A stretch of DNA of 31,923 nt from Elusimicrobiota bacterium. Lineage in GTDB: Bacteria; Elusimicrobiota; Endomicrobiia; CG1-02-37-114; JAHJSO01. Below, piece by piece: positions 26,354 to 31,923 of the stretch. A program made the position numbers and the translations under genes. Location of the stretch: NCBI GenBank assembly GCA_043826435.1, contig JBDRQF010000003.1:1-31923 (forward strand), in the 5' to 3' direction. The notes under the pieces are model-generated. The model did not search any database, was not told the DNA's origin, and saw only the letters and a list, made by a program, of their open reading frames with translations. Within the stretch, counting starts at the first letter, position 1. The number at the start of each line of letters is the position of its first letter.

Positions 26354-27552
26354 AAATCATTCTAATTATTCTTGATTCCGTCGGCGTGGGGGCGTTGCCT
26401 GACGCAGAAAAATACAATGATGCCGGGGCGAATACGCTTGGCAATATTGCAGGGGCGATAAAAAATTTTAATCTGCCGAATATGGCCAGATTGGGTCTTT
26501 ACAATTTATTGCCTTCTGAAGGAATATTGCCAGCCGGTTTGCAACAGCCCGACGAGGTGATTGGTTGTTATGGCAAAATGGCGGAGGCATCAAGCGGTAA
26601 GGACACCCCGATAGGCCACTGGGAAATAACGGGGATTATTACTGAAAAGCCACTGCCGACATACCCGAATGGTTTTCCGAAGGACTTAATTGAAAAATAT
26701 GAGAAAGCAATCGGCACAAAAACACTGGGGAATTATCCCTGTTCGGGGACAGAAATAATAAAGCAATTAGGAGAGCAGCACTACAAAACGGGTTATCCGA
26801 TTGTTTATACATCCGCCGACAGCGTTTTTCAGATCGCCGCACATGAAGACCCGAAGATTTTTGGCTTAGAACAACTTCATAATATCTGTGAAATTGCAAG
26901 GAAAATGCTCGTTGAACCGCACAATGTTGGCAGGGTAATTGCACGGCCATTTACGGGCGACCCGGGAAATTTCACCCGCACTGCCAACCGCAGGGACTAT
27001 GCCATTGAACCGCCGGGAGAAACCCTGCTTGATGTCATCAAAGAATCAGGCGGGGAGGTAACCGGCATCGGTAAGATTGAAGATATATTCAGCGGCAGGG
27101 GGATAACGAAGGCGATCCACACAAAGTCCAACAGGGACGGTATGGAAAAAACTCTTTCAGTTGTTAAAAACGCGGGAGAGCAGGCAGCCCGGCATACCCT
27201 GATTTTCACAAATCTTGTTGACTTTGACATGCTGTGGGGGCACAGGAGGGACGTTAAATCATACTACAACGGACTTAAAGAGTTTGACGATTTTCTTCCT
27301 CAGTTACAAAACGCCCTACCCGCCGACGATGTCCTGATGGTCACGGCGGACCACGGCTGTGACCCCTGTCACACCGGACATACCGACCACACAAGGGAGT
27401 ACGTCCCTCTGCTTGTCTATGGGAAGAAAATAAAAAAAGGCGTTAACCTGGGGGTCCGCGGGTCATTCTCCGATGTCGGGCGGACAATCGCCGACTTCTT
27501 TAATCTAGACGGGATGAAAAACGGCGCAAGTTTCAGAAAGGAAATAATCTAA
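26350..27552 (+). CDS. deoB: Phosphopentomutase
   Basis: ILDSVGVG, GKDTPIGHWE, YTSADSVFQIAAHE, NLVDFDMLWGHRRD, TADHGCDP, TDHTREYVP. Confidence 0.96.
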   Translation: MKIILIILDSVGVGALPDAEKYNDAGANTLGNIAGAIKNFNLPNMARLGLYNLLPSEGILPAGLQQPDEVIGCYGKMAEASSGKDTPIGHWEITGIITEKPLPTYPNGFPKDLIEKYEKAIGTKTLGNYPCSGTEIIKQLGEQHYKTGYPIVYTSADSVFQIAAHEDPKIFGLEQLHNICEIARKMLVEPHNVGRVIARPFTGDPGNFTRTANRRDYAIEPPGETLLDVIKESGGEVTGIGKIEDIFSGRGITKAIHTKSNRDGMEKTLSVVKNAGEQAARHTLIFTNLVDFDMLWGHRRDVKSYYNGLKEFDDFLPQLQNALPADDVLMVTADHGCDPCHTGHTDHTREYVPLLVYGKKIKKGVNLGVRGSFSDVGRTIADFFNLDGMKNGASFRKEII

Positions 27553-28584
27553 ATGGACCCCACGCTTTTACTCGCTATAGTAGTCGTAATACTCGCGTTG
27601 CTCTTTGCCTTTTCCAACGGTTTTAATGACGCGGCTAATGCCATTGCCACCGTTATATCAACCGGGGCGCTTACGCCGGCGCAGGCAATAATCGGCGCGG
27701 CCGTTTGCGAATTTGCAGGCGCCTATTTTCTGGGGACGGCGGTTGCAATGACAATAAGCAAGGGGATAATAGACCCGGAGTTAATCGCCGGCGGAGGCGG
27801 GATAATCATTGTCATGGCGGCGCTCATAGGTTCAACGTTGTGGAACGTATGGTGCACCGTGCTCGGTTTCCCCATATCGGCGTCGCACTCCCTCATAGGG
27901 GGTTTTATAGGTAGCGCCTTTTTCGGTTACGGCGCCATGTGTATCCAGTGGGATAACGTCATTAAGATATTCATGGTACTGTTGTTGACTCCGGTTTTGG
28001 GAATAATCGCAAGTTTTCTGCTGTTAAAAGTTACTTACTTTTTTCTGCAAAACGCTACCCCGCGGGTGAAAAAGATTATCAGAATAATGAACGTTGCATC
28101 TGCCATGCTTTTTGCGCTTGCGCACGGGACGAATGACGGGCAAAAGCCCATGGGAATAATTGTTTTTTCACTTATTGTGCTCGGGTTTTATAAAACCCCG
28201 GCGGATAATTTTGTTATACCCGTCTGGGTGGTTATTGCATGCGCCGCTGCAATTACGCTCGGGGTGGCTGTCGGCGGGCGGGGCGTTATAAAAACGGTCG
28301 GTTCCGGCATCTTTCGCATAAGGGACATCCATGCGTTTTCCGCCCAGTTATCGGGCGCCGCAGTGATTTATGTCGCCACGATTTTCGGACTCCCCTTGTC
28401 AACGACGCACATGATATCCTCAACCGTTACAGGGGCGGGCGCCGGGGAAAGGGTGAAGGGCGTCAGGTGGCAGATGATGGGGAAAATTTTTATCGTGTGG
28501 ATAATTACCATACCGGCGACGGCTGCCTTTTGCGGCGTTATATATATGTTGCTCAAAAACATGGCGGGTTTTCTCGGCATCTGA
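27553..28584 (+). CDS. PiT-family inorganic phosphate transporter
   Basis: NGFNDAANAIAT, PISASH, HGTNDGQK, PLSTTH; multiple transmembrane segments. Confidence 0.93.
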   Translation: MDPTLLLAIVVVILALLFAFSNGFNDAANAIATVISTGALTPAQAIIGAAVCEFAGAYFLGTAVAMTISKGIIDPELIAGGGGIIIVMAALIGSTLWNVWCTVLGFPISASHSLIGGFIGSAFFGYGAMCIQWDNVIKIFMVLLLTPVLGIIASFLLLKVTYFFLQNATPRVKKIIRIMNVASAMLFALAHGTNDGQKPMGIIVFSLIVLGFYKTPADNFVIPVWVVIACAAAITLGVAVGGRGVIKTVGSGIFRIRDIHAFSAQLSGAAVIYVATIFGLPLSTTHMISSTVTGAGAGERVKGVRWQMMGKIFIVWIITIPATAAFCGVIYMLLKNMAGFLGI

Positions 28585-28679
28585 CCCCGGGGAAGTTTTA
28601 ACGGTACCACGGAAGCGGGCCGGTGGTTTCACCGGGTTACGGATGGCTGGAGGAAACCAAAAAAAGAAAGGGGTTTATT

Positions 28680-29498
28680 ATGGACACGATTGAAAAACTT
28701 AAAGAGTCAAAAGATTCCATTTTCAAAAAGACAAAAGAAGTCCCTGAGATAGGACTGATCCTGGGTTCGGGGCTGGGCGGGATGGCTGATTCAATCCAGA
28801 ACCCGGTGAGGATACCTTATTCCGATATCCCTCATTTTGTCAGGTCAACGGTTGAGGGCCACCGGGGCGAACTTGTCCTTGGAAAACTGTTAAATAAAAA
28901 CATTCTCATAATGCAGGGACGCCTGCATTTTTACGAGGGATACACCATGCAGGACGTGACATATCCGGTAAGGTTGATGTCTTTTATGGGGATAAAAACG
29001 CTCGTGCTTACCTCTGCGGTAGGAGGCATAAATACCAATTATAAAGCGGGGGACATCGTTTTTATAAAGGACCACATAAACCTCATGGGAGATAATCCCC
29101 TCAGGGGTCCTCACGAGGAACAATTTGGCGAGAGGTTTCCGGATATGACGGGAGTATATACCGTCGATGTCATCAAACGGGCGATGGAAATTGCCGGGAC
29201 GCAGGGCGTTACCGCCCACACCGGCGTGTATGTCGCCGTGAGGGGCCCGTCTTATGAGACCCCCCTTGAAATAGAGGCGTTTAGAAAACTCGGGGCGGAC
29301 GTCGTCGGAATGTCGGTAGTACCAGAGGCGATAGTTGCCCACCAGCAGGGGATGAAACTTCTGTGTGCGGCGTACGTTTCAAACATGGCGGCAGGGGTGA
29401 GTCCGACGATTCTTTCACACAAAGAAGTAATGGAGATGGGCAATAAAGTCGCAGGCAAACTGATAAAACTCCTTGAGGAAGTCGTTAAAAAAATTTAG
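28680..29498 (+). CDS. punA: Purine-nucleoside phosphorylase, trimeric type
   Basis: ILGSGLG, STVEGH, QGRLHFYEG, GPSYET, VGMS, SNMAAG; start ATG 28680 after AAAGGGG. Confidence 0.92.
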   Translation: MDTIEKLKESKDSIFKKTKEVPEIGLILGSGLGGMADSIQNPVRIPYSDIPHFVRSTVEGHRGELVLGKLLNKNILIMQGRLHFYEGYTMQDVTYPVRLMSFMGIKTLVLTSAVGGINTNYKAGDIVFIKDHINLMGDNPLRGPHEEQFGERFPDMTGVYTVDVIKRAMEIAGTQGVTAHTGVYVAVRGPSYETPLEIEAFRKLGADVVGMSVVPEAIVAHQQGMKLLCAAYVSNMAAGVSPTILSHKEVMEMGNKVAGKLIKLLEEVVKKI

Positions 29499-29540
29499 AG
29501 CGAAAGGGAAGTTTCATTATAGAAACGCGAGGAACGGTTA

Positions 29541-31784
29541 ATGACGCATCTTCCGAAAAAGTGGATAATTAAAAAACCCGACCAGGCGATTGTCCAGGAC
29601 ATTTCAGACAAATTGAATGTTTCCCGGCCGGTTGCGTCCGTCATTGTCAACAGGGGAATAAATTCGGTCAGGGACGCGGACGTGTTCCTCAACCCCAATT
29701 TTTTTGACCTTGAAAACCCCTTCCTTCTTAACGACATGGACAAGGCGGTGAGACGCCTTCGGCAGGCAGTTGACAATTCCGAAAAGGTTTTGATATACGG
29801 CGACAGGGACGTTGACGGTGTTACCGCGGTGTGCGTCCTCCTTTATACATTAAGGTCGTTCGGCCTGGAACCGGAGTGGTTCATACCCTGTGAAGCCGGC
29901 TACGGCCTGCACACGCACATTATTGAAAAATACACGAGCCGTCCCGGTGGTGTACGGCTTCTTGTAACCGTTGACTGCGGCGTGTCAAACCACCTGGAGG
30001 TATCTTTTGCCAAATCAAAAGGTATTGACGTCATTGTCACCGACCACCATGAGCCGCCGGATGTCATCCCCCTGGACGCAGATGCGGTCGTAAACCCGAA
30101 AATGAAAGGGAGCGGATACCCTTTTAAGGAAATAGCCGGATGCGAGGTCGCCCTGAAACTGGCTCAGGGACTTTTAATGTCGTATGAGGACTACTACGAC
30201 AAGGATATGGTTGTCCTTGACATAGAAACGACGGGCGTTCACCCCGCCATTGATGAAATTTGCGAGATAGCTGCGGTTAAAGTCCGGAACTTTGTTGTCC
30301 GGGATAAGTTCCATTCACTGGTCCGGCCCGAGAGGGGGATACCGGGGGATGTAATAAGGATACACGGCATAACGGCGGAGATGTGCGCCGGCGCGCCCGG
30401 TATTAAATCCACGCTTGAAAAGTTATTTGACTTTATAGGCAGCGCGACCATAGTCGCCCACAATGCAGAATTTGATTTGGGTTTTATAAACCATTATGCG
30501 AAAAGGGCGATGGGTAAAACGCTTGACAATACCGTTATAGATACTCTCACGATGTCAAGAGAGTTCTTCCCGTTCAGGTCGCATGCCCTGGGTTCGCTCA
30601 CAAGGGACCTGGGTCTGGAAATTATGCACCAACACCGCGCCCTGGACGATGCGCTTGCCACACTGAAGGTTTATGAACGGCTGGAACAGGTAAGGAATAC
30701 AAAAGTTAAATTTTTCCTGCAGGACCACCTGGACATAGTAACCCTGGGGACGATTGCCGACATGGTGCCTCTTGTGTCTGAAAACAGGATAATCGTAAAA
30801 CACGGGCTATCCGCCCTGAAAAAAACACGGAAGTACGGGGTTAAACTCCTGACTGAAAAGTTTTCGTCAACGAAACCGCTTACTGCGCAAACAGTCGCTT
30901 ACAACATTGTCCCGATGCTGAACTCCTGCGGGAGGCGCGGCCGTGCAGAAATGGCGGTTGAACTCCTGACAACCGACGACAGGATGAGGGCGGAGGCCAT
31001 CCTTGAAGAGATAGTATCCATTAACAAGGAGAGGAAGAAACTGCAGTCGGTAAACATTGAAAAATTCACGGGGTTACTGAAACAGCAATGTGACGTTGAA
31101 AGGGATAAATTTTTCTTTGTGGTTGCCGAAGGGGTTGAACACGGCGTAACGGGGATAGTCGCCTCGCAGATTGTCCGGGAGTATAACCGCCCGGTAATAC
31201 TTTTGATTTTAGACGGCGATGAAGCAATGGGAGCCGGCAGGACGGTCGGCGGATACAACGTCCATTCAATGCTGGAGAGGTGCAAGGATATTTTAATAAA
31301 ATTCGGAGGGCACGCTCAGGCCGTCGGGCTGAGCGTCCGTGTTGATAAGATAGAGGAACTCAGGGGACGCATCAGAAAAATTGCCGAAGAGGAAATAATG
31401 CCGGAATTGCTTGAACCGCAGATTGAGGTTGACGCTGAAGTGGAACTTTCCGATATAAACAACAAACTTCTTGATGAGATTGTTGAACTTGAACCTTTCG
31501 GGGTTGGAAACCCGTACCCTGTATTTCTTGTGAAAAATGCGAAAATAGAAGAGCCCCACAGGGTAGGGCGTTCTGCCGACGGGCGTCCTTCCGACCACCT
31601 GAAAATGAAGGTGTGGCATAACGGGGACAGGTTGGATGCAGTCGGCTGGGGCATGGGGGATTTGTGCGATACAACGCTCAGGACGGCAAGGCATGCGGAT
31701 ATGGTAGTCAAGCCGCAGGTCAACCGCTGGAAGAACAAGGATTACCTGCAACTCCTGGTCGTTGATTTGGAAGCGAATATTTAG
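29541..31784 (+). CDS. recJ: ssDNA exonuclease RecJ with an inserted DEDDh (DnaQ-like) exonuclease domain
   Basis: YGDRDVDG, TVDCG, TDHH, GTIADMVPL, FGGH, LEPFGVGNP; insert LDIETTG...HNAEFD...HRALDDA at about 30207-30683. Confidence 0.93.
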   Translation: MTHLPKKWIIKKPDQAIVQDISDKLNVSRPVASVIVNRGINSVRDADVFLNPNFFDLENPFLLNDMDKAVRRLRQAVDNSEKVLIYGDRDVDGVTAVCVLLYTLRSFGLEPEWFIPCEAGYGLHTHIIEKYTSRPGGVRLLVTVDCGVSNHLEVSFAKSKGIDVIVTDHHEPPDVIPLDADAVVNPKMKGSGYPFKEIAGCEVALKLAQGLLMSYEDYYDKDMVVLDIETTGVHPAIDEICEIAAVKVRNFVVRDKFHSLVRPERGIPGDVIRIHGITAEMCAGAPGIKSTLEKLFDFIGSATIVAHNAEFDLGFINHYAKRAMGKTLDNTVIDTLTMSREFFPFRSHALGSLTRDLGLEIMHQHRALDDALATLKVYERLEQVRNTKVKFFLQDHLDIVTLGTIADMVPLVSENRIIVKHGLSALKKTRKYGVKLLTEKFSSTKPLTAQTVAYNIVPMLNSCGRRGRAEMAVELLTTDDRMRAEAILEEIVSINKERKKLQSVNIEKFTGLLKQQCDVERDKFFFVVAEGVEHGVTGIVASQIVREYNRPVILLILDGDEAMGAGRTVGGYNVHSMLERCKDILIKFGGHAQAVGLSVRVDKIEELRGRIRKIAEEEIMPELLEPQIEVDAEVELSDINNKLLDEIVELEPFGVGNPYPVFLVKNAKIEEPHRVGRSADGRPSDHLKMKVWHNGDRLDAVGWGMGDLCDTTLRTARHADMVVKPQVNRWKNKDYLQLLVVDLEANI

Positions 31785-31923
31785 CAGGGGGGAAAATGAA
31801 TGCAACATAAAGGCATATATACGCACAACCCGGTGTCCGATATTGCATCACGGGTTGAGAGGGATATTAAATGAATTGAGTTTACCAATCTGTTTGTAGA
31901 TTGGAGACTATGAGGAGGTAGAC

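Noticed and set aside
133..31826. Minus-strand and nested ORFs in the six-frame track (e.g. 12542-13267, 16663-17202, 24063-24626, 31293-31826)
   Set aside because: They are shadows of well-supported + strand genes and have no recognisable motifs

Overview
Bacterial chromosomal region (possibly Elusimicrobiota-like; weak inference) in which every credible gene is on the + strand. The more GC-rich core is a sugar-phosphate-utilisation-type bacterial microcompartment (BMC) locus: BMC-T, two RpiB, two BMC-P, a multidomain DeoC, BMC-H and a small BMC-associated protein. It continues into pilT, an atypical DnaA-paralog module, an aminotransferase, a divergent transketolase, and nucleoside/DNA catabolism genes (ade, deoB, PiT transporter, PNP, RecJ with an inserted DEDDh domain). 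AT-rich cassettes interrupt the core: about 3.5-12.1 kb (TlpA, two FGE/CLec-fold proteins with DGR-like variable 3' ends, two restriction-modification sets, a 226-bp direct repeat), about 13.7-14.8 kb (toxin-antitoxin pair plus lipoprotein) and 24.6-26.35 kb (MTase plus HinP1I-like nuclease). Best candidates for undescribed biology: (1) PilT + scaffold-like protein + DnaA AAA+ protein whose DNA-binding domain is replaced by a domain shared with its neighbour; (2) a possible DNA-as-food superoperon feeding a BMC; (3) DGR-like targets with no RT or template repeat in the window. All family calls come from motif recognition by eye; no searches were run.
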